Position numbers and translations under genes: made by a program | NCBI GenBank assembly: GCA_051362555.1 | Contig: JBPQGU010000016.1 | Span: 6,076,001 to 6,140,000, forward strand | DNA: 64,000 nucleotides | Direction of reading: 5' to 3' | From: Lingula anatina | Taxonomy: Eukaryota > Animalia > Brachiopoda | The notes under the pieces: model-generated | The model's input: the letters and a program-made list of their open reading frames with translations, nothing else | The model's database searches: none | Told to the model about the DNA's origin: nothing | Shown: piece after piece, positions 50,032 to 62,360 of the stretch | Layout of the letters: every line of letters begins with the position of its first letter | Position numbering within the stretch: position 1 is the first letter of the stretch

Positions 50032-53000
50032 ACCAAGGAGTTATAACAGAAGGAGATTACACGCAAGCCTTTCTATTGTCCGATGTCTGTTACGGTGGGC
50101 GGAGCTAGCTACGGGGGGCCTCCGGTCTCAAGGTTTCGTCTGCGTCGCTCTCCTCAGCTTGGAGATAAATTTCATATGCGTTATTTCGCGTTAGAATTCG
50201 AGATCAGAAATGTCAAAGCGCCGCTGTATGCTGACGATTTTTTTCACAGGTAATTGTTTGGACGATGTGCTGGAAGGGAACGATATCATAGAAAGCGATT
50301 ATAAGGTGGTGACTGAGGATGGTCGCCATGAGCTTTTTTTAGTCGGTGATAGATGGCTTTTTTATGGCACAACCCGGTGAAAAATCACCAAGGAGAAGTC
50401 AAAAGAAAACGTCCCAACTGTGGTTTGTGAAAATGACATTCAAGTGAACGTCTGTCCTCACTGCCAAAGGACATAATATTAATACATTAACGTTTGGACC
50501 CTCCTGCCCTTGGGTCCCATAAACATATACATTGTGACAGTGCCTACGCTTTGTGTCTGGTTTTAAATTTCTTAAAGTATTTTTTCTCTCACTCGGTATA
50601 ATTTTAATATTATAATGCATTTAATTAAAATTTTAATCCAAGGTTGAGGCAATGCCACGACACATCAGTTTACTGAATACTCGTTATAAATTTCTTTATC
50701 TTGGAAATTTCCCTTTTTTTCAGGATTATTTGACACGTACTAACACTGTTCATATTTGTCGGTAAACAAGTGCACAGTGCTATACATTAAGAATAATTTT
50801 TATTCATTCATAAATATATTTATGTACAAAATATATCAGAAATTTTAGTATTCACTGAGCTCTTTAAAGTGAAACAAATAAAGATGAGAATATTGAATTT
50901 CAAACTATTATTTACTATATTAACTTAAAATATCTTTAAAGTCAACTCTATACTCAAGCGCTCTATACTCATGAAAGTAGCATCTGTGAGTAAAACCATT
51001 TTATTATATCAATAGAAGAACAAAAACAAAAATTTTACACATAAGCAGTAATAAATGAAGTCATAAGAATGATTAAGTTGCTACAGTTTTCCAGTTTTAT
51101 GCAGTCTATGATGGCATTTTTTTTCAACCGTGCAAATAGAAATAATTATATTCTTTTTTATCTGTCTTGCTGATACAAGTCTGTGCCAGATACTATTCCA
51201 CTTACAGGCCAGCAAGGTCTGAGAATCTAATGGGCCGAATGAAAAAAAAAAATCCTAGAAGATGAAGTGGTTAATTCTTACAAATAGGATAAAAAACATG
51301 GGATTTTCAAAAGGTTATTATAGATCACGACAACACTTAGTAAGAACATTTATAAAATGTAACAGCTGAAAAAATTAACTGGTAAGTAAGCAGTAAGTGA
51401 CTGCTTTAAAGAAATTTCACTGAAACAGAAATTTCACTGGCAATCAGGTAGACTGTTATACCATGGCACTCAACAATTTATATATATAGGTTTTGAATTT
51501 TTTTCCACGTAACAATAACATAAAATGTATGTCCACTTTTGCAATGTATAGAGTCAGTTAGGTGACTGAAAATATTTTAAAATGTCATAAAGGAGCACTA
51601 TTAATTTAATGCAATCTCTGTTGGCCAGTCTTATCCAGTTTCTTCTCCAAAAAGGACAACTCAAGTGAGAATTTCTTCAGGGCCTTTTCTTCTGCCTTGC
51701 TAATGCCATGCCACTCAGAAAAGAGAGAAACCTGTAGGTTAGAAAAAAAAAACATAATAATAGCATTATGAACTACTAGTATCCATGTAGACATTATGGA
51801 ATTATGCAGTGAAGTTTAATGTGTCTTGTTATGACTTGACTGAAATAATGTTCACCACATAAATGAACAATTTACAACTAAATTCATATAGAACATCAAG
51901 ATTCATGATCACAAGCTAATAACCCCAAGAAATTGAAAGAAATTGTACTTATTACAAGAAATTATTTAAATCCGCCCTGGTCCCTACTCTTCTGACAGGA
52001 CAAAAAGGGGATTTCAGAGAGGCTGGTTGCTAAAAGGAAAATGCCCAAGGTTGTTGTATTTTGAAAAAAAAATTAAAAAGGGTACTGTTGTTAGTGAATG
52101 TTTAATGCATCTTAGGCATTATGACAAAAGTAACTTACCCCAGACACACTGACCTCCTTTTTTAATTGACATATTTTAATTTTTTCCAGCCTGACCATAA
52201 TTCATATATTCAGTGCAGCCTTCTCCCATATCTATAATAGAAAAAAAAAAACTTGAGTAGTGTTAAGATATGCATGTCAAATTCATTATCAATTTTGAGA
52301 GAATTTCTGTTTCAACACTACAAGATGAAATATTTAATTTCAAGTAATGAATAAACCTTAATAGAGTTCTATTCTTTTGTAACCACCAAGGCAAAGCTTC
52401 TTTCTTAAAATGAACTGAAACATCCAAGCTTGCCACCTAACATGCCAAAGTAGTGAAGTATAATTTAAGTAGAGAAACAAGTACCCCTTAATTATAGAGG
52501 TGTCTTACACAATAAAGTGTGTCTTACACACCTCGACTCAAAGAGAGATGTGTAGTGAGATAACAGGTAAAGTAATTGGTGGAGCCTAGGTGAACTTAAA
52601 ACCTTAAGACTTTAAATTAAGAAGCACCAGGATTCATGTGTGTTCTTTTTTCAAAGGTTTAATATGAATTAAAACATATATATGTAAAAAGAAGACTAAA
52701 TAAGTTAAAAATAACTATACCAAAGACACTGTGAAGTCAAACTTCCTGTTAGACCGCCATGATGGAAAATGCCGGGTGGAGGCAAAATTTTCCAGTCAAA
52801 AAAACTGAGCACTTTACATTAACAACAAAGTTACCACTCCAAAGCCACCCACCATGGTGAGAAGAAAAATGATGACCAACTGTCATGATAAGTCTTTTTA
52901 GATTTAGACATGAAAAAGGTAAAGGCCAAAATGGTACATTTACCCATAACACTAGAGTAAAAAATTGGTATTCTGAACAAATCGGGTTATTTTTTTCAAG

Positions 53001-53925
53001 AAATATTGGAGCAGTATCCATGCAATATATACCACGCCACGACCAAGATGTTCAAGAATCTAAACACACCAAATTTTTTTATAATCTTGCATTTGAAAAG
53101 TACAAAAAGCGGTAAGGCTTTTGGCCATAACAAGCGTAACACTTTCTGATCGGAACTCATGAAAATTGTCAATTGTCGTATCCAAGCTAGACCACATGTA
53201 AAATCGCAAAAAAAAACAATACTGCTCAAGCAAGTGTGTTGCACACATAACAATTAGTTAAATTTTATGACTGTCATGTGACACAAGTTTCAAAAAGTAG
53301 GAGGAAAATGTCTTTTGGAGTAATTTTTTTTTTTTCGAAATATTAACAAGATGGCGGCTTAAGCATCTGCTTGTTATTCGGCTACTGAAAGTGCACCTAA
53401 GTTTTATTCTTTGCTATTGCCACAAATTACTTAACAATTGCAACTGTATAAAGACCAAACTTTCTTCATCTGATACTATATTTATAGGCACTTGTTATGA
53501 GTGGGAAATATTTTTCGTGCAATATTTATTCTCCACACACCACCTCGCGAGATCAACGTGAAGCTGGACACTTACACAGTGAGACCCTACGACATAAAAG
53601 TTGCAATTTATCTTCATATTTCGTGTAGTTATGCATTTAAAAGCACTTACCTGTTTTTTGAAAACCTTGTCCAACGTAATATCATATAAATTCTGTATTT
53701 CTCTCATTTTTTAGAAACTTGGGACTCCGTTTCTGTTTCTGTCCTCAAAAATCAACAGACGAAGGCACAGATACTAACAAACGAGATTTAAACGAGAGTA
53801 GCAATTAAGCGTAACAGAGATAGGCATCCATTGTTCTCTGGGTTCTATTCATTCCGACCAATGAGAGACCGTAATACGGGCTCCGCCCCCATGCGTGTAA
53901 TCTCCTTCTGTTATAACTCCTTGGT
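50032..53925. mobile_element. 3.9-kb TIR DNA transposon flanked by TTAA, superfamily unassigned
   Basis: Perfect 34-bp TIR ACCAAGGAGTTATAACAGAAGGAGATTACACGCA (50032-50065 / 53892-53925), with GC boxes inside both ends. Confidence 0.85.
51606..53707 (-). pseudogene. Four-exon small membrane-protein pseudogene inside the TIR element
   Basis: Exons 53707-53651, 52879-52721, 52231-52139 and 51731-51606, all GT-AG and phase 0. TM segment LVIIFLLTMVGGFGVVTLLLM; three in-frame stops. Confidence 0.45.
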
Positions 53926-55252
53926 TTAACCCTGTCTGAATGTGAGATAAATCTTCATGAACTGGTTCCCTTGTAACAGTTGGCTTCACCTGGTGCAAGA
54001 ATTTACGGGTAGTGTGTTTTTGATTGCACCCTTGCACTGAGCACGTACGTTGTAATCTACACATCTCAGAGAAATGTCCTGGCTTTAAACAGTTGTAACA
54101 CAGTTTGTTGTCATTGGCAAATTTGAGTCTCTCAGGCAATTTCATGGCTTTGAATTCTGTACACCCAAATAATGAATGACTGCTGCCACACTTAATGCAT
54201 GGTGACTGAATAGATTTTCTTGTGTCACCATTAAGTTGTGAACTGCTAGCTGTAATACTGTAACTCCATCGGTTGTTGGGTCGCCTCTGTGAATCACTGC
54301 GACTGTCACTCCTTTTCACATGTGCTAGGCCACCATACACTGGATCATTTGCTATTTCTGCATTTTCAACAACAAATGCAGTGACATCTTTAATATCTGG
54401 GCACCTTTCTTCCTTTCTTATCTTACGTACTTCTTGTTTCCATTTGTGCTGCAAATAACCAGGGAGAAGTTCAATGATTTTGACCAGTGAGCTTTGTGTG
54501 CTCAACTCTGAGGAATTTCCCATTGCTTCAAGCGTTTCAGCACATGTTCTTAACTCGTCGGCATAATCCCTCAATTTTGTAACATCATTTGCCTTTATGG
54601 CTGGGCCTGTCGTGATTTTCTTAACCCATGTCTCTGTAATAGTATAGGCTGAACCAAATCTTTCCTTAAGCAATGCTTTAGCCTTCTTATATCCATCTTC
54701 AGGGTTCATTACAGCACAACACTGAATTACACCATGAGCTTTTCCACTGGTATAATGAAGCAAACGAATTAGTCTTGCGCCGCTATCCACAGTTTCTTTC
54801 TCCACACTATTTTCAAAAGTTTTGATAAAATTCCAATACTGAAGAGGATCTCCGTCAAATTTGTCTATTTCAACTTTAGGAATTTGTATAGAGTTCACTA
54901 AATGATGAATCACATCATGACTACTCTGGTTTTGAGTCAAGTTGGCGGAATTTACCTGAATGTCCTGTTTCGTAGATGAAATTGGGGCACTGGTCTCCAT
55001 CTCAGCTTCAGCATAGGCAGTTTCCTCTGCTTACAATTTTGCTCTTTCAGTGTCCAACTTGAGTTTCTCCCTTTGTTGTTTCAGTTTCAATTCCTGTTCG
55101 TCCAAATGTTTCTTCACTTCAAAAGATGCCAATTCTGCCTCAATGGCCATCTGTTTTGCCTTCGCTTTCAAGCGAGCTTCAGTTGAGCTCGTGCTCAAAC
55201 TGCTAAATAAACTGGCAGTTTCTATGTCTTCTATTTTTTGTTGCACGTCCAT
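53926..55252 (-). pseudogene. gag: BEL/Pao Gag (DUF1759-like + three zinc knuckles), one stop, 3' truncated
   Basis: IPKVEIDKFDGDPLQYWNF, CIKCGSSH..C, CYNCLKPGH..C, CSVQGCNQKH..LH. TAA at 55031-55033. Confidence 0.88.
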
Positions 55253-55677
55253 TTTGACCTTTGACCTTTAGATCTCCGAGTTTCACTGTTGCGGGTGTCA
55301 ATCAATTTTATTCAACTGTCAACGATATATAACATCAACTGGTAACATCAACTGGTAACAAATGGTACTGTGTATCGTCTTGCATCAAGTCAGATCAGAT
55401 CAGAAGTTTATTGACAATCGCCCTACATCCGGGCATGATCAAATACAAATACAAGAAGTAATCCGCAGAGTGATTACCATATACAGTTTGATATACATTA
55501 TATATAATGTCTATACTAAAGCAGGGAAAGTACATGTACTACTCAATAAAGATCAATATAGGGATAATTTAAAAAAAAAAAAAAAAAAAAACTGATTCAA
55601 CTAGAATAGGCTACACTAAACCTTATATTAAACTAACTATTATTTAGGGGGATATGAAAACTGCATCGTCAGTTAAT

Positions 55678-58600
55678 CTAGGTTTTATTCAGCATGGATG
55701 CAATTTTCATATCCCTAGCTTTAAAACAATCATAAAGAAAATTAGTTGTGCATTTTGCAATATCAAAATCATTACATTGCAGTACGGTAATAAAAAGGTC
55801 ACTGATGGACTCAGGGGCTGCACTGCCCAGTATATCTTTAACCTGGTTAAGGAATATGGCTCTTAGTGGAGCATAAGAGGGGCATATCATCATAAAATGG
55901 AACTCATCTTCAACTGACCCCATGTTGCACACCGTGCATAGCCTTTTCTCTATGGGTATTTTAGGATTCATGTGTCTCCCCTTTTCAATTGCCAAATTGT
56001 GGGCACTTATCCTGAATTTGCAAAGGAATGTAGATTTGGGTTTGTGGATTAACTGTGTGTATATTTCTCTTTTAAAATCTTTTTTGAAGGTACTGTAGGT
56101 ACGTAATTTTTTACCCTCCGTGTTCAGGGATGCTAGGTGAGCTTTAAAGGCCGAACTATAAGAGATTTGGATAAGCGGTTTTATTATGGAAGAGAGTGCG
56201 GTCATGGATATTTTAAAAGGGTCCTCCCAAATGTCAGGGCGTCCAATGAGCGCCAGTGTATTTTTAATGCCGGTTGACCAGGTTGAGGTGTTAAGTCTGT
56301 TTAAATTTTCATTTTCGTGAAGTGCATGAGTAACTAAGGAGGTGGTGTCATGGTGCTTTTTATATTGGAGGCTGTGCCAGTATTTGAGGGCCAGTGTGTA
56401 GGCAGTGGTTAGTATTGGGAAGCTGCCCAGTTCTCCGCGGACAGCATGTGAGGGAGATTTTCGGTTAACACCTAGGATAGTTTTGCAGGCCTTGAGATGT
56501 AAGGTTTCAATGGAAAGTTTGTCACAAATTAGGAAGTAGCTGTCTTTACTTGAGTTTTTGACAAAGTATGGTGCCCAAACTTCAGAGCCATAGGTAAGAA
56601 TGGGAGCTATGAGTGAGTCAAAAAGTTTCATGGAAATGGGCACTGGGCTGGTGAATAATTTATTGCGGATTTTGAAAAATGCTTTCCCCCCTTTTGATTT
56701 GAGTATTTCAAGGGATTTGGTGAAACTTCCAGATGGAGTAAAGACAAGTCCTAAATAGCAGTATTCACTACAGATTTCTAGAGGTATATTGCCAAACTTG
56801 AAAATTTGTTTCTGGATTTTGTGGCCAGATTTATTGAATATCATGACTTTTGTTTTAGTGATGTTCACTAGTAGCTTCCATTTTTTGCAGTAGGCCTGAA
56901 GTTGATTTATTGCAGTTTGTAAACCTGCACTGCTTTCCGACATAATTACTAGATCGTCTGCATATAATAGGCAATTTAATTTTTGATTATTCAGAGACAC
57001 TGGGTCACATCTGTTGTTAAAAATTGAGGGCAGGTCACTTATGAAGAGATTAAAGAGGAGTGGACTGAGATTACAGCCTTGCTTAACACCAACAGAGGAC
57101 GAGAGACTATTTGTTATGCTATTTCTGCATTTGACGGCAAAACGCACAGATGAGTACATATTACGAAGGGTTCTTAGAAAGTTCCCATTGATGCCTGCCC
57201 TTGTCAGTTTGTAGAACAGGGCGTTTCGCCACACGGTATCGAAAGCAGAGGAAAAGTCAACAAAGCAAACAAAGAGGTTGGATTTAGAGGCCCTTTTAAC
57301 ATATTTATCTATGAGGGTTTTTAATACTAAAATATGGTCACTGGTGCGGCTTCCTTTTTTAAAACCAATTTGATTTGGGGGTATGATATTGTGTTTTTCT
57401 ACATATGTTGTGAGTCTGTTGTTCAGGATTAGACAGAATAGTTTACAGATATTGCTAGTGACAGCAATTCCTCTATAGTTATTAGGATCTGTTTTGTCAC
57501 CCTTTTTGTGTATAACTGTTAGAAAGCTTGTTCTCCAAAGTGTAGGGAATGTTCCATTTGTGAGAATGTGGTTGAAGAGAATACACAGGGGGGCTGCCAG
57601 TCTGTGAATACCCTCTTTGATCATTTCATTAGGTATGCCATCTGGGCCAGAGGATTTATTATTCTTAAGTTTTGTAGAAGCCTTTTTTATTTCATTTACA
57701 GTAAGTCGGTAGTCAAGTTCATTGAAAGTACCGTTTTTAATACCATTAAAGAATTCATTAATTAGGGATTCAAATTTGGGGTCCTCATGTTGTAGACTTC
57801 TATTCATGAGATTATTAAAATGTTCCCACCATAAGTGGGGTGGTATAGGGTTACAGTTACTTTTTTTTTCATTCTCACATAGCTGGTCATAGAGGTTCCA
57901 AAATGTTTTGGGGTCAGAATTCTCGAGGGTTTCAATTTTGTGGAAAATGTGGTTACGAAAGTCGTTTCTTTTTTTATTTAGTAGTTTTGAGTATTGTTTT
58001 TTTTGCCTATTGTATTCTTGTATGAGGTGTTGATTTTGGGGATTTTTTCGAATTTGTCTACTTAGAGATTTGAGTGATTTGGATACTTCCTTGCAGTTGG
58101 TGTCAAACCATTTTTTATTCATTTTACGTTTTTTAGCTTTCTTATTATTGTTCTTTTTAGTGAAACCTGCTTTAGAGGCCAGATTAGTAAGGAGTGTATA
58201 GAAGTTGTTGGTGAGTTGGTCAATGTCCATGTCCTTATTAAGTGAATATGAAGATATGAATTTATTTATTTCTGTCTGGCTATCTGGAGTTTCTAGTGAG
58301 GCTGACCAAATTTGTTTTATGATATTTGACCATTGATAGTTGCTGGGGAGGTCATGTGTTTGGTCTTGTGGCAGACTGTGGTCGGGGTAGTGGCACATAC
58401 CAGTTTTTAGTGAGCAGGAAATCATGCAGTGGATGGACAGTGGAGTTAGAGAGTGTACCCTGAAATATTCCAGGTTACACAATATAGAACTATTACACAG
58501 TAGATAATCAATCACACTTGGGCTTCCCCTATGGCTGAAACAGGTAAAATTACCTTGAGAGTCACCTAGGACTCTTCCATTTGCAATTCTAAGACCACTG

Positions 58601-59263
58601 CTTTGACATAATTCTAATGGACTCTTACCATATGAGCATCAATTTTGTGCTGATCGAGATTTTTTCTAGTTAAAGCTGAGTCTGAGATATAATCTGAGCC
58701 CACATTAATGTGCAAGTCACTGTTATCGTGCACTATATAGTCCGGTTCAGTGCCAGTTTTCACATTAAAATCTCCTAGTATAACACAACTACCTAAGGAT
58801 GACAGTTTAACAATATCAGTTTCAATAAGTGAAAAAATATCCTCTCTAGTAGAGCTAAAGTTTGTACCTACAGGGCTAATATAAACATTACATATATACA
58901 GATCTTGTTCTAAACCAAAGAAATGTTTACAAAGTTTGAACCACATAAATTCAGAGCAGGTGATCTTGAGGAAGGTTACTCCTTGTAGAAGTTCATTTTT
59001 AATGCCAACAGCTAGACCCCCTGATGCTTTTGGGGACTTGGGGGACCTGGGCCTAAGATTGCACTCGATGTGATATCCCGCAAAAGTAGATTGTCAGTAT
59101 TTTCGCAATGAGTCTCTGACAGGCAAAAAATATCGACTGACTGGAGTAAAGAGTAACACTCCTCAAAATCAAACTTGGAGGTTCTTTCATTAGCAATTCT
59201 TTTGTGTAGACCATCAATATTCCATGAACCGATGCGCAGATTCGACTGACTGAAGGATGGCAT
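55678..59263 (-). pseudogene. LINE ORF2: APE endonuclease-RT-CCHC, two frameshifts in APE
   Basis: SWNIDGL, LSETH, LGDFN, IDYLL, NYRGI, DFSSAFD, GVKQG, YADD, CTVC..EDEFHF..C. Frameshifts near 59085 and 58630. Confidence 0.92.
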
Positions 59264-59608
59264 TTACAATATGATGGAGATGGGGATCGGAGAATACAAA
59301 GGGCTATGTATAAATATACTATATTTCACCAGCTAACAACATCAATACTGTATGAGCTTATAAAAAGAAAAAAAAAAATGAATGAGTAAAGAAAAGTATG
59401 AAAGCCTTGGAACACATAATATATATAGAGAGAGCATATATATATACAGAACAGTTAATAGGTGAGGTGTAGCTTAATTTTGCATACATAAATATTAGTA
59501 TGTAACGTACATAAACATGTTACTATACTTAGTGTTCACAGGTATGTGTAAACATACAGGCTATTTTAAACTCAGTGATTGATTTAGGTGGGAAAAAAAA
59601 TAAATAAA

Positions 59609-59617
<9 letters not shown>

Positions 59618-59668
<51 letters not shown>
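59618..59668. repeat. (TA)n microsatellite in the LINE inter-ORF spacer
   Basis: Read directly from the sequence. Confidence 0.95.
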
Positions 59669-59670
<2 letters not shown>

Positions 59671-59807
59671 ATAGATAGGTTAATAAATTAATAAAATAAG
59701 ATAAAATAAATATATAACATAAATAAATAAATAATATTTTTAACACGACCAGGCATGATCACAGCTTGAGATTATTCAAGACAATTAGCTGTGTGCATAA
59801 TGTTAGT

Positions 59808-62090
59808 TCATTTATTATTCTGAGGTCGATGTGGAGTGTTCCTGGCTCTGTTGGTAAGACGTCTGGGAATGTTCAGAGAGGTCTCTATTTTGGATCTGAG
59901 GTTAGAGGCAAACAAACGCGTACCCTGGTCAGACAGGTGATATCTATCATCAGCCAAAAGGTGGCCTTGAATGTTTCCATTACGGAGAAAGTTTGAATTG
60001 TCGCAGAAATGTAGGTTGGGGGTGTTACTTTTGCTGATTTCCTGTTTGATAAGAGCATTGCAGATCTCAGTTTTGGTGTTGTGTTCAACGCTATCCCCGC
60101 GGGGTGGTCCCAATGAAATCACAACTTGGGTATGTGGGTTCTTGGTTGCTTGTGTACTGGCAAGCCTAACCATGTTGTTTGCTACATTAAATGGGTTATC
60201 ATTTTTGATGTCATTCGTGATTTGATGCAGTACTAGACAGTCAGCTTTAGCAGAGTGATGTGTGGTGAGGTAGTTGGCAGCTTCATTAATGGTGTAAGCT
60301 CTTTGAATGGACACATTTGCTTTGGGAACCAGTCTGTTTCTGTCTAGTTTACCAGTGTGAGAGTTTCCTAGTATGAGGACTGAAGGTTTCTGCTGGTGAG
60401 CGGCAGTAGTCACTTGTGTAGCCACTGGTGTCCTTGGATGGCTGTGCCCGATGGTGGGGGTCAAGGGAGATGTTGTGGGTTCAGATGAGGAGGCACCGTG
60501 TTTTCCTTGGGTTGTTGGTGGTGTTGATGTTGGGCTTGATGTACAGGCAGCCACTGCTTCTGTGTAGTTGAGGGGCCTCTCTTTTGAGTTCACATTAGTT
60601 GGTGGGGTGGACAATTCTTGAAGTCTTTTCTGGACTTGATCAATTTTCTTATGTGCATCTACTAAGCTATTCGTGTTGCACTGGGCCTCAATTAGATTTT
60701 CAAGCTTGTGCTGTGATTGAAACAGCTTATCTTGTGAGTCAGACAGTTTATCCTGTATTTCGTCTAGCTTTTCCAACTTCATTAGGGCATCATTAGCTTT
60801 GACTTTGCTGAGATCTACAGCTTTCCATAACTCAGTAACCTTAGTGAGAATGTCAGATTTCTCATTCTGCCATTTCACATGTCTGTCTTTGGCTGTTTGC
60901 TCCGTTTCTGTGCGTAATTTGTGAATTTTATCCAGGATGGGTTTTAGGTCAGTGTCTGGTTTGGAGGCTTTTTCCGTGTGTTGTCTCAGCTCAGCTGCCA
61001 GTCTTTTGTTTTCCTTTGTGAGATGGTCAATTTCCTTATGGAGTTTTGCGTTCTCACTCTGTGTGAGGTCAAGATCTTTCTTAATGAGTGCAACTTTGAG
61101 ATCATAATTTTCTTTCATGGAGTAGTGCAGTTTTTCCACTAGTTTGGTTTCCAATTCTCGAATAGAGCTGAGGCAGTTTGCATGTTCATTTTCCAGGTAG
61201 GGTTTTGTCTCACTGGTGGCTTGGCAGGATTTTTCATGAGTTCTAGGTTTTGGCTCATGTATTGTTTGTGATGATGTCTCATTGGTTGAGAAGAGATTAG
61301 CAGTTTGCGTGGATCCATCCCGTAGAACTTTGGGTCTCACAATCTCTGTTTGACAATGGGCATGAGTTGTAACAGAGGAGGATATGACCGTTGACTGTGT
61401 TGCTATGTGCGCATAATTAAGCTTCCTGCTGTCCACTGTTGGCTGTGGGTGTTGACAAGTGCTAGGTGAAGCCAATGTTTGTGTAGCCATATTGATCTTG
61501 TTACTTCTATCCTGTTTGTTTGCACTAAGGGCTTTAACAATCTCAATGTCAACTTTAACACAACAGATGCAAGTGAATTTCCGTGTTGATTGCGTGAGAA
61601 TAGATAATTGGTATGCTGGTAGTTCAGTGCATTTATAGTGTAACCACAGTTTACAGTCATTGCATTGTATCATGTGTTCATCTTCTTCTCGATTGCAAAG
61701 AGAGCAAGGGTTAGGTATTTCCATAACATCATTAATAGGGTCTGCTTCCCCTTCATCTAAAAAGGAGTGTACCTGATCCGGTCTGCTTAGGGTGACCAAG
61801 TCATCGTAGGTCTGATCTATGGGATTAGAGCTCCCCTCAAGTGCTGACAAGGTACATAAAGTAGGACTGTATTCATGGAGGCTAATGTTGGTATCTTCGT
61901 CCACAAAAACACGACCGTTGGAAATCCCGTACGAGTCCAGAAATAGTGCTGCATCCTGTAGTGAATTAAAGCTTTTATGGCAGGCCCCGGCGAATTTGTT
62001 TGTACTTTGTTGCGCCATTGACCATTGCAGGAAGATTCCTATGTTTCTACCAGCCGCTACAGCATAGAATCTTTTATTTTCTGACGGCAT
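59808..62090 (-). CDS. LINE ORF1: RNase H1 hybrid-binding-like domain, PHD finger, TQT array, coiled coil, SGNH esterase
   Basis: Intact 760 aa. FYAVAAGRNIGIFLQW..F..KSFNSLQDAALFL; C4HC3 PHD at aa 129-177; ILGNSH, ITND and DRYH esterase blocks. Confidence 0.9.
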   Translation of the reverse strand: MPSENKRFYAVAAGRNIGIFLQWSMAQQSTNKFAGACHKSFNSLQDAALFLDSYGISNGRVFVDEDTNISLHEYSPTLCTLSALEGSSNPIDQTYDDLVTLSRPDQVHSFLDEGEADPINDVMEIPNPCSLCNREEDEHMIQCNDCKLWLHYKCTELPAYQLSILTQSTRKFTCICCVKVDIEIVKALSANKQDRSNKINMATQTLASPSTCQHPQPTVDSRKLNYAHIATQSTVISSSVTTHAHCQTEIVRPKVLRDGSTQTANLFSTNETSSQTIHEPKPRTHEKSCQATSETKPYLENEHANCLSSIRELETKLVEKLHYSMKENYDLKVALIKKDLDLTQSENAKLHKEIDHLTKENKRLAAELRQHTEKASKPDTDLKPILDKIHKLRTETEQTAKDRHVKWQNEKSDILTKVTELWKAVDLSKVKANDALMKLEKLDEIQDKLSDSQDKLFQSQHKLENLIEAQCNTNSLVDAHKKIDQVQKRLQELSTPPTNVNSKERPLNYTEAVAACTSSPTSTPPTTQGKHGASSSEPTTSPLTPTIGHSHPRTPVATQVTTAAHQQKPSVLILGNSHTGKLDRNRLVPKANVSIQRAYTINEAANYLTTHHSAKADCLVLHQITNDIKNDNPFNVANNMVRLASTQATKNPHTQVVISLGPPRGDSVEHNTKTEICNALIKQEISKSNTPNLHFCDNSNFLRNGNIQGHLLADDRYHLSDQGTRLFASNLRSKIETSLNIPRRLTNRARNTPHRPQNNK

Positions 62091-62348
62091 TATAAACAGC
62101 GAAGGTCATCTCAGAGTTCAAACAAAGACCAAGATGGCGTAGTAATGGCCGAAAGCACTTGTGATAGACGGGTAACAAACACGTCAAATATTACATTCGC
62201 ATGTCGCGTAAACACAAAACTGTTTGTACTCACATAGTCCAGTGGGTCTATTATACCATATAATCGCTTCGATTCTCCTTTCCCTCTCCTTAATATTTGA
62301 TTTAGAAATACATTTCTAGAGAGCGTTTAAAATTTCCTCCTTACTGCT

Positions 62349-62360
62349 CGCGCATGCGCA
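62349..62360. promoter_or_regulatory. NRF1-type palindrome at the LINE 5' end (candidate internal promoter)
   Basis: CGCGCATGCGCA lies 10 nt inside the element start. A YY1-like AAGATGGCG occurs at 62131. Confidence 0.4.

Noticed and set aside
53849-53925. C-terminus QGVITEGDYTHGGGARITVSHWSE of the 383-aa BEL ORF
   Set aside because: It is read-through into the TIR of the adjacent DNA transposon, not Gag sequence.
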